Shown here: one piece after another, positions 18,120 through 27,194 of the stretch
How the letters are laid out: every line of letters begins with the position of its first letter
Position numbering within the stretch: position 1 is the first letter of the stretch
Assembly: GCA_947623625.1 (NCBI GenBank)
Contig: CANQHD010000001.1
Location: forward strand, 1 to 56,667
Source: an uncultured Bacilli bacterium
GTDB taxonomy: Bacteria; Bacillota_I; Bacilli_A; RF39; UBA660
Reading direction: 5' to 3'
Length of the DNA stretch: 56,667 nucleotides
Made by a program: the position numbers and the translations under genes
Notes under the pieces: generated by a model
Database searches by the model: none
The model's input: only the letters and a program-made list of their open reading frames with translations
Told to the model about the DNA's origin: nothing

Positions 18120-18689
18120 TTGAAACTTTTTATAGGATGTGGTTCAAGAGATGTGCTTGATCAAGATGCACTCAATACTTATCAAAAACTGATTGAAAAC
18201 CTTGCAAGTATTCCATCAGTAAACTTAGTTGTTGGAGGAATGTCTTCAGGACTTTTAAAAGTTTGCTATGATACCTTTAAAAAAATGGGAAAAAAGGTAA
18301 CAGTTATTCTTGATAAAACAAGAGATGAAGAGATGAAAAAATGTACGGAATATAATGATAAATTCTATGTTGTTCCATCGACAATGCAAAGAAGTAGAAA
18401 GTGTTATTTAGAAAGTGATATGGCACTTTTCTTGGAAGGAGGTATAGGAACTTTTACTGAGATTTGGACGTTTTTGGAAGAGAAGAGAACCTTTCAAAGA
18501 GAATATCCAATCTATATTTTTAACTATAATGGTATTTATGATTCTTTCTTTTGTTCCCTTCATGAGAGTGTTCAAAGAGGAATGACGCTTTCTACGGATG
18601 CGAAAAAGTGGTTAATTGAAGAAAAAAATCCAGAAAAAATACAAGAAGAAATTGAGTGTTTTTCAAAAAGAAAGAGGTGTTTAAAATGA
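18120..18689 (+). CDS. LOG family (TIGR00730 / lysine-decarboxylase-like) protein
   Basis: GGMSSGLL and GGIGTFTE (PGGxGTxxE-like) motifs. Probable TTG start at 18120 after GAAGGTGAT; start uncertain. Confidence 0.65.
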   Translation: MKLFIGCGSRDVLDQDALNTYQKLIENLASIPSVNLVVGGMSSGLLKVCYDTFKKMGKKVTVILDKTRDEEMKKCTEYNDKFYVVPSTMQRSRKCYLESDMALFLEGGIGTFTEIWTFLEEKRTFQREYPIYIFNYNGIYDSFFCSLHESVQRGMTLSTDAKKWLIEEKNPEKIQEEIECFSKRKRCLK

Positions 18690-20059
18690 CAAAATTTGAT
18701 ATGGGTCAATTAGTGGCTTATTGCAAGCAATATGGTTTTATTTATCAAGGAAGTGAAATTTATGGAGGTCTTGCCAATACTTGGGATTATGGACCTCTTG
18801 GAGTAAAGCTTAAAAATAATGTCAAGGATGCTTGGAGAAAAAGATTTATTGATGAAAGAGAAAATGCATATGAGTTGGATGCTGCAATTTTAATGCATCC
18901 AAAAGTTTGGGAAGCAAGCGGTCATGTTGGTAGTTTTACAGATCCTTTAATTGATTGTAAAAATTGTAAAAAAAGACATCGTGCAGATAATTTGATAGAT
19001 AATTTTGACTCAGCTGCCAATGCAGATGGTATGACACAGGATGAGATGATTGCCTATATTAAGGATCATAAAGTTCCATGCCCTTATTGTGGGCAGTCTA
19101 ACTTTACGGATATTCGGCAGTTCAATTTAATGTTTGAAACACATCGAGGTGTGACAGAAGATGCAAAAAGTAAGATTTATCTACGCCCTGAAAATGCGCA
19201 AGGGGAATATGTCAATTTTTTAAATGTAGAGCGTTCAATGCGTGCAAAACTTCCATTTAGTATTGGGCAAATTGGGAAAGCTTTTCGAAATGAAATTACT
19301 CCAGGAAACTTTACTTTTAGAACAATAGAATTTGAACAAATGGAATACCAAACTTTTTGCAAAGAAGGAAGCGACAGCGAACTTTATTCGTATTTTAAAG
19401 AATATGCAAAACAATTTTTAATAGATCTGGGATTAAAAGAGGAACATTTACGTTTTCATGATCATGAAAAACTTGCACACTATGCGAAAGAAGCGTGTGA
19501 TATTGAATATCAGTTTAGTTTTGGTTGGGGTGAGATTAATGGAACACATAATCGAACAAACTACGACTTATCTCGTCATGAAGAGTATTCTAAAGAAAGT
19601 CAAAGTTATTTAGATCAAGAGACGAATGAAAAATATATTCCTTATATTATTGAATCTACAATTGGTTGTGATCGTCTTGTCTTAGCACTTTTATCTGAAT
19701 GTTTAGAAGAAGAGATGCTTGAGAATAATGAAACAAGAGAAGTCCTTCATTTAAAGCCATCTCTTGCTCCTTATAAAGTGGCGATTTTACCACTGGTTAA
19801 AAAATATCAGAGTGAGAAAGCCAAAGAAATTTTTTCAATGCTTTCTAAAATATTTCCAACAACTTATGATGAGACAGGAAGTATTGGAAAACGTTATCGT
19901 AGACAAGATGCTATTGGAACTCCTTTTTGTATAACTGTCGATCAAGATAGTCTTGATAAAGAAACAGTAACAATAAGAGAAAGAGATAGTATGAAACAGA
20001 TTACTCTTCCGATTTCTGAAGTGAAAAACTATATTTTAGAGCAAATTTATTTTGAATAA
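18686..20059 (+). CDS. glyQS: glycine--tRNA ligase (alpha2 GlyQS type)
   Basis: YGFIYQGSEIYGGLANTWDYGPLG N-terminus and FRNEITPGNFTFRTIEFEQME motif 2. ATG at 18686 after AAGAGGTG. ATGA overlap with the LOG gene. Confidence 0.9.
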   Translation: MTKFDMGQLVAYCKQYGFIYQGSEIYGGLANTWDYGPLGVKLKNNVKDAWRKRFIDERENAYELDAAILMHPKVWEASGHVGSFTDPLIDCKNCKKRHRADNLIDNFDSAANADGMTQDEMIAYIKDHKVPCPYCGQSNFTDIRQFNLMFETHRGVTEDAKSKIYLRPENAQGEYVNFLNVERSMRAKLPFSIGQIGKAFRNEITPGNFTFRTIEFEQMEYQTFCKEGSDSELYSYFKEYAKQFLIDLGLKEEHLRFHDHEKLAHYAKEACDIEYQFSFGWGEINGTHNRTNYDLSRHEEYSKESQSYLDQETNEKYIPYIIESTIGCDRLVLALLSECLEEEMLENNETREVLHLKPSLAPYKVAILPLVKKYQSEKAKEIFSMLSKIFPTTYDETGSIGKRYRRQDAIGTPFCITVDQDSLDKETVTIRERDSMKQITLPISEVKNYILEQIYFE

Positions 20060-20065
20060 ATTCAT

Positions 20066-20097
20066 AAAAATCGAGGCTGAATATTACCCCGATTTTT
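20066..20097. terminator. probable bidirectional terminator between convergent glyQS and RhuM-Doc genes
   Basis: Imperfect hairpin AAAAATCGAGG...CCCCGATTTTT, flanked by an A-run and a T-run. Confidence 0.45.
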
Positions 20098-20121
20098 AAA
20101 TTTTAGAATGAACGCTTTAGT

Positions 20122-21054
20122 TTAAGCTAAAAAATTCATAATAAGATCAATGAGTATTGGCTTTTCTTTTGGATTAGACTCTGCTATTAAAAGAGTAATG
20201 GCAACTAAAGTATTGTTATCAATGACTTGTTTTTCTTTTTTATATAAAATTCCATAGTACTGTAAAAAGTAAATAAATAAAGTTGCAGCAATTCTTTTAT
20301 TTCCATCTAGAAAAACATGATTTTTGACGATTAAATAAAGAAAATTTGCGGCTTTTTCTTCAATGCTAGGATAGACATCATCTCCTGAGAATGTTTGATA
20401 AATATCATTAATGATACTTTCTAAACCATTATCTTTTTCAACTCCAAACAAATCACTTTCAAATTCAGATTGTAGATTATGAATCATTTTTAAACATTCA
20501 TCATACTGGACCATTCGATTATCTATTGTTCCATTTGGTTTGTTGATCGTTTTATGATCATAATCATCTAATAAACCCAAAGCAGTTGAATAGTTATCAA
20601 TGACTTTAATAATTTCTTGGGCTTCGCTTCCTGTTAGTTTGATATCGATTCTATTTGCAATATCAATTAATTTAACGGTTTTTTCTAAATAATCAAGACG
20701 TTTTTGATTGACTGCATAACCTTGTAGTAAATACTCTTTTAAGATTTTACTTGCCCAACGTCTAAAAATGATACCGTTTTTACTTTTAACACGATAACCA
20801 ACACTAATAATCATATCTAAATTATAATAATTTGTAGGTTTATCACTAAATTCGGAATTTCCGAATTTTCTCATTGTCTCCTCTTCTAAAAGTTCTCCTT
20901 CTTTATAAATGTTTTTGATATGTTCATTGATCGTTGATTTTGATTTATCAAATAACATGCTCATTTGACTTTGAGTTAACCAAACCGTTTCATCTTGCAT
21001 ATTGACTTCTAATTTAACATCTTGATTTTCAAATAAAATTATCTCATTTTTCAT
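20122..21054 (-). CDS. RhuM-family N-terminal domain fused to a Fic/Doc (death-on-curing type) domain
   Basis: N-terminus ETVWLTQSQMSMLF...ISVGYRVKS...FRRWASKILKEYL is RhuM-like. C-terminal HVFLDGNKRIAA matches the Doc motif HxFx(D/N)(A/G)NKR. Confidence 0.75.
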   Translation of the reverse strand: MKNEIILFENQDVKLEVNMQDETVWLTQSQMSMLFDKSKSTINEHIKNIYKEGELLEEETMRKFGNSEFSDKPTNYYNLDMIISVGYRVKSKNGIIFRRWASKILKEYLLQGYAVNQKRLDYLEKTVKLIDIANRIDIKLTGSEAQEIIKVIDNYSTALGLLDDYDHKTINKPNGTIDNRMVQYDECLKMIHNLQSEFESDLFGVEKDNGLESIINDIYQTFSGDDVYPSIEEKAANFLYLIVKNHVFLDGNKRIAATLFIYFLQYYGILYKKEKQVIDNNTLVAITLLIAESNPKEKPILIDLIMNFLA

Positions 21055-21063
21055 AACAACATA

Positions 21064-21093
21064 AAAAGTTTAAAGTTTTAGTATTAAACTTTT
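21064..21093. repeat. perfect 10-bp inverted repeat in the RhuM-Doc upstream region
   Basis: AAAAGTTTAA (21064-21073), 10-nt spacer, TTAAACTTTT (21084-21093). It lies between a GAGGTGA-like sequence and the start codon on the minus strand. Confidence 0.4.
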
Positions 21094-21366
21094 CTTTCAC
21101 CTCTTACTTCTTTATTAGTCATTTATCTTTTAATATTATTATATAGTTGATAAGGTGTATTTGTAAATTTTTTTTATTAAAATTTGTCAGTTCTTAGGAA
21201 GAAAAATTAACTTATAAGTGAAGAGTATAGTGGATGAACAATGTTCTTTTTTTAGTCTATTTTCTTTACAAACGAAATCTCATTTGTTATGATTTCATTG
21301 ATAAGGTTTCAAGAATAGATACTTTCAAAAAGATGAAATTAAAAAGAAATGATGAGGTGTTTTGTT

Positions 21367-23214
21367 ATGGGAAGTGGCATCTTTTTTCCAATTTGTGCAT
21401 TACCATTTTCAATTATGATTCTTATTTTGTTTTTTAAAAGAGGTTATATTAATAATGTTGAAACAAGAATATATAAAAGATTGATAATTTTAAACTTTAT
21501 CGGACTTATTTTGGAACTTTTGTGCACATTTGCTTCGTTTATCTATCATTCTTATCCATTTATCAGTGAATTTATTTGTAAAACTTATTTGGTTTATTTG
21601 ATGAGTTGGACGGGTTTATTTACTTATTACATTTTTAGAATTTCAGTTGATAAGAATTTTAAATTGAATAATTTTATTCAAAATCTTTTCGTAGTACTTG
21701 CTACTTTAATTATTTTAATAACATATATTTTACCTATTGATCTTGTCATTGAAAATCATTTTCAAACACGTTATACAACAGGAATGAGTGTTTATTTTTG
21801 CTATGGAGTCAGCATGATTTTTGTCTTCATGATTATTTTGCTTTTAATGACACATTTAAAAAATATAAAAACCAAAAAATATATTCCAGTTTTTGTCTTC
21901 TTTGTAGTTGGAACACTTTCAATAATTATTCAAAGTATTCACCCAGAATTGTTAATTATTACATATGTAGAAACGCTTATTTGTGTAATTATGTATAATA
22001 CGATTGAAAATCCGGATGTAAAAATGGTAAGGCAGCTAGAAATAGCAAAAGATCAAGCCGAAAAAGCCAATCGAGCAAAAAGTGATTTTTTATCCAGTAT
22101 GTCTCATGAGATTCGAACACCTTTAAATGCAATTGTGGGTCTTTCTTCTGATATTGCAAGTTATAAAGATCAAATTCCAAAAGAGATTGTGGATGATACA
22201 GAGGATATTCAAAATGCTTCTCAAACTCTTCTTGAAATTGTTGGAAACATACTTGATATTAGTAAAATTGAAAGCAATAAAATGCAAATTATAGAAATGC
22301 CTTATCATTTTCAAGAAGAAATTGTAAAACTAGCTCGAGTAACTGCAACAAGAATTGGCTCTAAACCCATTGAATTTAAAATGGATTTTCAAGAAAATAT
22401 TCCATATGAGTTCGTAGGGGATAAAATCCATGTCAAAGAAATTGTGAATAATTTACTCACGAATGCAATCAAATATACAGAAAAAGGAGAGATTATTTTA
22501 TCTGTAAAATGTGAAAATCAAGGTGGTCAGTCTCTATTAACGATTCGTGTTCAAGATACGGGTCGTGGAATTAAAGATGAAGATATAGATAAACTGTTTA
22601 CTAAGTTTGAAAGACTAGATATTGAGAAAAGTTCAACAGCAGAAGGAACAGGGCTTGGTCTTGCAATTACAAAAAAATTAGTGGAAATGATGAATGGAGA
22701 AATTCATGTTGAAACTAAATTTGGAAGTGGTTCTATTTTCGAGGTACGAATTCCACAGAAAATAAGTCAATTAACCTCTCCAAATTTAGAGACTAACGAC
22801 GAAAAAATATTCAATGATTCAACTATAGAAAAAAGTTTTCAAAATAAAAAAGTTCTTGTTGTAGATGATAATAAGCTCAATATAAAAGTAGCAACTAAAG
22901 TATTAGAAAAATTTGGATTTGAAATCACATCATCTGAAAGTGGAGCAGATTGCCTAGAGAAAATTAGAAGTGGAAATTATTATGATTTAATATTAATGGA
23001 TATTATGATGCCAGAGATGAGCGGGGAAGAGACGCTTCAAAAATTAAGAGAAGATCCATCTTTTAATGTTCCAGTACTTGCCTTAACAGCAGATGCAATC
23101 GTCGGCGCGAGAGAAAAATATCTTGAAGAAGGATTTATTGATTATTTAGCAAAACCGTTTACAAAAGAGGAAATGGAAGAAAAGCTCAAAGTGATTTTTA
23201 AAGAATCATATTAA
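21367..23214 (+). CDS. hybrid sensor histidine kinase/response regulator (multi-TM sensor, HisKA, HATPase, REC)
   Basis: H-box [14 protein letters not shown]-box [11 protein letters not shown]-boxes DTGRGI and GTGLGLAI. C-terminal receiver VLVVDDN...[11 protein letters not shown]...KP. ATG at 21367 after GAGGTG. Confidence 0.85.
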   Translation: MGSGIFFPICALPFSIMILILFFKRGYINNVETRIYKRLIILNFIGLILELLCTFASFIYHSYPFISEFICKTYLVYLMSWTGLFTYYIFRISVDKNFKLNNFIQNLFVVLATLIILITYILPIDLVIENHFQTRYTTGMSVYFCYGVSMIFVFMIILLLMTHLKNIKTKKYIPVFVFFVVGTLSIIIQSIHPELLIITYVETLICVIMYNTIENPDVKMVRQLEIAKDQAEKANRAKSDFLSSMSHEIRTPLNAIVGLSSDIASYKDQIPKEIVDDTEDIQNASQTLLEIVGNILDISKIESNKMQIIEMPYHFQEEIVKLARVTATRIGSKPIEFKMDFQENIPYEFVGDKIHVKEIVNNLLTNAIKYTEKGEIILSVKCENQGGQSLLTIRVQDTGRGIKDEDIDKLFTKFERLDIEKSSTAEGTGLGLAITKKLVEMMNGEIHVETKFGSGSIFEVRIPQKISQLTSPNLETNDEKIFNDSTIEKSFQNKKVLVVDDNKLNIKVATKVLEKFGFEITSSESGADCLEKIRSGNYYDLILMDIMMPEMSGEETLQKLREDPSFNVPVLALTADAIVGAREKYLEEGFIDYLAKPFTKEEMEEKLKVIFKESY

Positions 23215-23224
23215 ACAAGTATCA

Positions 23225-23257
23225 AAAAAGACACATTTTTGTAAGGTGTGTCTTTTT
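23225..23257 (+). terminator. rho-independent terminator after the hybrid kinase
   Basis: AAAAGACACA...TGTGTCTTTTT hairpin with T-run. Confidence 0.6.
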
Positions 23258-23266
23258 GTCTTTTTA

Positions 23267-23343
23267 TGGTGTTCAAGACGAGAGTCGAACTCGTGACCTT
23301 TTCCTTCGGAGGGAAACGCTCTATCCAACTGAGCTACATGAAC
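23267..23343 (-). tRNA. tRNA-Arg (CCG anticodon), CCA encoded
   Basis: Hand-folded 77-nt cloverleaf on the minus strand: GTTCATG acceptor, anticodon loop CTCCGAA, T-arm ACGAG-TTCGACT-CTCGT. Confidence 0.85.
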
Positions 23344-23354
23344 AATCTAATAAT

Positions 23355-23383
23355 ATTTTATAAAAAAGTTTTTCTTTTGACAA
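23355..23383 (-). promoter_or_regulatory. promoter of tRNA-Arg
   Basis: Minus strand TTGTCA, 17 nt, TAAAAT, ending about 11 nt before the tRNA 5' end. Confidence 0.5.
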
Positions 23384-23403
23384 GACTTCTTTCGAGCTCT
23401 ATC

Positions 23404-24114
23404 TTATTTTTCAATGAGATACCCATCTGCAAAGTCTTGATATTTTTCGAGATCATTTTCTTGAACAGTCCAAACTAAAACAGGCTTTTTTCTTCTGAAA
23501 CGTTGAACCCATTTTTCTTTAATTCCTTTTTTATCATAAGCTAAAAAGTCAGGACGAATCAGTGGAAGAATAATAAAGCGTGTCAGTAGTTGATGCTTTA
23601 AATTTTTCCTTTTAGATTTATTGATTGAAATCAGTAATCCTAATATGAATTTTGGTTTCTTTTTCTTAATAAAATAAAGACATCTAGGATCAAAAGACTT
23701 TAGAATAAAAGGACCTTGATATTCTTCTAATGTTTCCAGCACTTTTTCAGTAAGGACTTTTGCTCGATCACTTTTTTTAAGCTCAATATCTAATAATACT
23801 TTCCCAGAGACAAGTGATAAGACATCTTCAAATTTCATAATTTTAGAAGATGTTGATAAAAGAGGTATTTTCTTTATCTCTTCAAAAGTACATTCTGCAA
23901 TTTTTTTGTTATATCCAGTCATTCTTTTTAAATTTTCATCATGAAAGACAACAAGGGTATCATCACTTAAGAGTTGAACATCCAACTCGATAGGCATATT
24001 TTTTAAAAGAGCTCGTCGAAAGGCTAATTTTGAATTCTCAGGAATTTTTTTATTATCATATAATCCTCTATGTGCAATTTTAATCCCATACAAAAAAGTA
24101 ACATCTTTTCTCAT
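23404..24114 (-). CDS. glycerophosphodiester phosphodiesterase (GDPD) family protein
   Basis: IAHRGL, IELDVQL and VVFHDENL motifs. ATG at 24114 is preceded by GGAGG; the longer ORF start has no RBS. Confidence 0.8.
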   Translation of the reverse strand: MRKDVTFLYGIKIAHRGLYDNKKIPENSKLAFRRALLKNMPIELDVQLLSDDTLVVFHDENLKRMTGYNKKIAECTFEEIKKIPLLSTSSKIMKFEDVLSLVSGKVLLDIELKKSDRAKVLTEKVLETLEEYQGPFILKSFDPRCLYFIKKKKPKFILGLLISINKSKRKNLKHQLLTRFIILPLIRPDFLAYDKKGIKEKWVQRFRRKKPVLVWTVQENDLEKYQDFADGYLIEK

Positions 24115-24197
24115 AGTTCCTCCGTAATAATAGTGATTCTCTTTTAATTTTATCCTTTTTAATTTTATCAAAATATTTAAAATGAGTAAAATAAAAT

Positions 24198-25517
24198 TTA
24201 TTCGTGATGAATGGTTGCTTTAAAAGTATAATAAGTATATTTTAAATCAGGATATTCTTTTTCAAAAATTTGAAGGAATTTGATTTCATCGTCATTTTTT
24301 TCTTCATACCAAGAAAATGTTGATATTTGCTGATAATTGTGATTATTTAAAATTTGTTTGATTTCTTTCATACTAAAATAGTTTTTCTGTTCTTTAAACG
24401 TTTGATAACATTCTCCAGTCATTAGTTTTATAATTTTTTTACTACTCATCGCATTATGAAATTCACCGATAATGCTTCCATTTGGTTTTAAATATTTTTT
24501 GATTTCTTCAAGGAAAAGGTTAACATCTTCCACTTTCTCAAGAATATCCCCAATTAAAATAACATCATAGCGACTTTCGGAAATGTTTGATAAACTTGCA
24601 TAAACTTTTGCAAATTTTTGGGCAAAATGACGCTTATTATCATCTTTTTCAATTCCATCTATTTGCATATTAGGATATTGATATTTTAGTCTAAGAAGTG
24701 TAATTCCAATGCCACAGTTGAGTTCTAAAAGATTAGATACAGGAGAAAGTAGAGGAAAAGATGCAGATTTTATTTGATCAAACTCAAACGTGTTGAAATG
24801 CCATTTTTTTTCAAAATATGCCCGATTTTTAAATAAAATAGGATAAAATTTTGTTAAGTCTTTTCGAAAAGATGTTCCTAAATAATGATGAATAAAAGCA
24901 TCATGACATAAATAAAGACGATACCCCAAATCTAAAATTCGAAGAGATAAATCGTTATCTTCAATATAACCAGGTGTATATTCTTCATCTAATTGTTTTA
25001 TCTTTTGAATAACTTCATTTTTAATTAAAATACAAAAGCCAATCAAAAAAGCTTTTTCTTCCCACTTAGTAGAATCAGAAACATTGTTTTCTTTTGCAAG
25101 CTGTTGCATTTCTTCCATATCCTTATAAGTAAAGGAGACACCTTGTTGATTTTCATTTTGATTACAGACAGCACCAACACATCCAATATCGGGACTACTT
25201 TCAAGACAGATTTTTAAGTTTTCTAACCAATTTGTTGTAACAATTGTATCATTATTTAAAAGCAAAATATCATTTTCTTTGTCTGCTAGATTTATTCCTT
25301 GATTGCATCCTTTTGGAAAGCCAGCATTTTCTTCATTCAGTAAAACTTTAAAGGGTTGTTTTTGAAGCCAAGATCTTGTTTCATCTTGAGATAAATTATC
25401 GACAATGATAATTTCATAAGTATCCTTTTTTGTATATTTTTGAATACTTTCAATACATTTTTTTGTGTAATCTAAATGATTATAAGTCAAAATAATAATT
25501 GAGGTTTTTCTTTTCAT
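24198..25517 (-). CDS. family 2 glycosyltransferase fused to a class I SAM-dependent methyltransferase
   Basis: GT2 N-terminus SIIILTYNHLDYTKKCIESI...VDNLSQDET...LLLNNDT. C-terminal LELNCGIGIT...DVILIGDILEKV is MTase motif I/post-I like. RBS AAGGAGGAAG. Confidence 0.75.
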   Translation of the reverse strand: MKRKTSIIILTYNHLDYTKKCIESIQKYTKKDTYEIIIVDNLSQDETRSWLQKQPFKVLLNEENAGFPKGCNQGINLADKENDILLLNNDTIVTTNWLENLKICLESSPDIGCVGAVCNQNENQQGVSFTYKDMEEMQQLAKENNVSDSTKWEEKAFLIGFCILIKNEVIQKIKQLDEEYTPGYIEDNDLSLRILDLGYRLYLCHDAFIHHYLGTSFRKDLTKFYPILFKNRAYFEKKWHFNTFEFDQIKSASFPLLSPVSNLLELNCGIGITLLRLKYQYPNMQIDGIEKDDNKRHFAQKFAKVYASLSNISESRYDVILIGDILEKVEDVNLFLEEIKKYLKPNGSIIGEFHNAMSSKKIIKLMTGECYQTFKEQKNYFSMKEIKQILNNHNYQQISTFSWYEEKNDDEIKFLQIFEKEYPDLKYTYYTFKATIHHE

Positions 25518-25630
25518 AAAATCTTCCTCCTTATTATTTTATGCTAATTGTGAACAAAAGTATCAAAGGATTCCATATACTTAAAAAATAAACACAACTC
25601 AAATTTTTTAAATTGTGTTTACAAAAGGGA

Positions 25631-26422
25631 TTATTTTTTTACTTTGATAAGAGTTTTTTCTTGTTCCATTTTTTCATTTTCATTTATCACTTGTTGTTCC
25701 TTGAATACTTCTTTCAATTGCATTAATACTTGTTGTTGTTCAAGTAAACTCATATCTTGATGTGGGTTTAGAGTAGAAACATCCTTTTTTTCACCGGTTT
25801 CTTGATAGTGTATATCAACCCCAGTTTTGCTATTAGCTGCTTCAATTAGATCTTCTACAGTATCAAAGTTTTGACTGTTTTCTTGTACGATATTAAGTGC
25901 TTCAAAAATTTTTTTCTTTTGTTCTTCAAGAGTAAGTGAAGACGCAACTCCTTTTACTGTTAAAATAGTAATATCATCTTTAACAGGTCCAAATTCACAA
26001 ATAAACTCACTTACTTTTCCGTAGTCATTAATTTTGATAGAAGTCGCACGTCTAAGTCGCTTTTCAACTTTAATTGGAAGAAGTAGAGCAGTTAAACCAG
26101 TTGGATTTTTTAAGTATTCTTCTTCCTCTAATTTAGACATTTTTTCAATTGCATTCATGATTCGAAGACGATTGAACAAAAAAGTCTTATTGTTATTATA
26201 TTGAATAGCTTTTTGAAAAACTTGTAAAATATTGACAAATGGAATAAAAAAGGAGAAATATTGTTCTTTTCTTTGATTCTCTTCGTTTTGATATTTTTTA
26301 ATCTCTTGAATATTCATTTTATATCCTAAGTCTGCAATATCTTTAAATATTGTTAATTTTTGAACAAATTCCATACCGAAACTTGCAATTGTTGTTCCAA
26401 GCCATATAGCAAAAATTTCCAT
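25631..26422 (-). CDS. hypothetical protein with N-terminal hydrophobic segment
   Basis: ATG at 26422 follows AAGGGGGA and a TTGACA/TATTAT promoter. I recognise no family. Confidence 0.5.
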   Translation of the reverse strand: MEIFAIWLGTTIASFGMEFVQKLTIFKDIADLGYKMNIQEIKKYQNEENQRKEQYFSFFIPFVNILQVFQKAIQYNNNKTFLFNRLRIMNAIEKMSKLEEEEYLKNPTGLTALLLPIKVEKRLRRATSIKINDYGKVSEFICEFGPVKDDITILTVKGVASSLTLEEQKKKIFEALNIVQENSQNFDTVEDLIEAANSKTGVDIHYQETGEKKDVSTLNPHQDMSLLEQQQVLMQLKEVFKEQQVINENEKMEQEKTLIKVKK

Positions 26423-26452
26423 AAATTTATCCCCCTTAATCAAATCGGTTGT

Positions 26453-26481
26453 ATAATAGCACAGTTAATATTCTTTGTCAA
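26453..26481 (-). promoter_or_regulatory. promoter of ORF 25631-26422
   Basis: Minus strand TTGACA (26481-26476), 17 nt, TATTAT (26458-26453) with TGc extension. Confidence 0.5.
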
Positions 26482-26620
26482 TTCTAGCTTATTTTATCTT
26501 TTCTTATTTTAGAATTTAGATGAAAATTTTTTTCGGAAGATGGTGTTAAAAAGAAAATAAATGTTGTATGATAATAATAAGGATACTGAAATCCTTAAGA
26601 GAAAGGAAGAGGAAGATTGA

Positions 26621-26728
26621 ATGAAAAAAAAGCATTTTCGTCGCATATCACTTTTTCTTTTAGCAAGTATTGCAGTTACACTAGGTGGGTATTCTTTTTT
26701 TAATAATGTTAAGAAGAATGAAAAGTAG
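26621..26728 (+). CDS. possible 35-aa small membrane peptide (MKKKHFRRISLFLLASIAVTLGGYSFFNNVKKNEK)
   Basis: Not in the ORF track because it is under 60 aa. ATG is preceded by GAAAGGAAGAGGAAG. Basic N-terminus plus one hydrophobic helix. No homology evidence. Confidence 0.25.
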   Translation: MKKKHFRRISLFLLASIAVTLGGYSFFNNVKKNEK

Positions 26729-26758
26729 AAATTAAAAAAGAAGGAGTATTAGAAAAAT

Positions 26759-27079
26759 ATGGAAAAACAGACTGCTGGAAGGGATAAATTAGGGGATTTA
26801 GCTCCACAATTTGCACAGCTAAATGATGATGTTTTATTTGGAGAGGTTTGGTCAAGAGAAGATCAGTTATCACTAAGAGATCGAAGTATTATTACTATTA
26901 GTGCCTTAATGGCTCAAGGATTATATCCTCAAGTAAAGGCACACTTGGAACTTGGAAAAAAACATGGCTTAAAAAAGGCTGAAGTCATTGAGATGGTTAC
27001 ACAGCTTGCTTTTTATTGTGGTTGGGCTAAAGCATGGAGTGTCTTTCCACTTGTAGAAGAAATTTATCAAGAAGAATGA
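26759..27079 (+). CDS. carboxymuconolactone decarboxylase (CMD/AhpD-like) family protein
   Basis: 106 aa. FGEVWSREDQLSLRDRSIITISAL...YCGWAKAWS matches the small CMD-family pattern. RBS AAGGAG. Confidence 0.7.
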   Translation: MEKQTAGRDKLGDLAPQFAQLNDDVLFGEVWSREDQLSLRDRSIITISALMAQGLYPQVKAHLELGKKHGLKKAEVIEMVTQLAFYCGWAKAWSVFPLVEEIYQEE

Positions 27080-27194
27080 AATAATTCTTAAAAAAAGGCA
27101 ATTATTATGTTTAAAACATATAATATTAATTGAATGATTTCAATTGACTAAGTCATTTATACTTGTTAAAATACAAATATGAGGAGGAAACAAA

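Noticed and set aside
21234-21437. 67-aa ORF upstream of and overlapping the hybrid kinase start
   Set aside because: It has no RBS and overlaps the kinase gene out of frame. The kinase ATG at 21367 has GAGGTG at proper spacing.
23248-23478. 76-aa plus-strand ORF
   Set aside because: It runs across the minus-strand tRNA-Arg gene and its promoter, with no RBS. It is an artefact.
20122-26481. Considered whether RhuM-Doc, hybrid kinase, GDPD, GT2-MT and the unknown ORF form one defence or mobile island at tRNA-Arg
   Set aside because: There are no integrase, transposase, flanking direct repeats or known defence-gene signatures. The genes have separate promoters, terminators and mixed orientation. 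Only the individual observations are reported.
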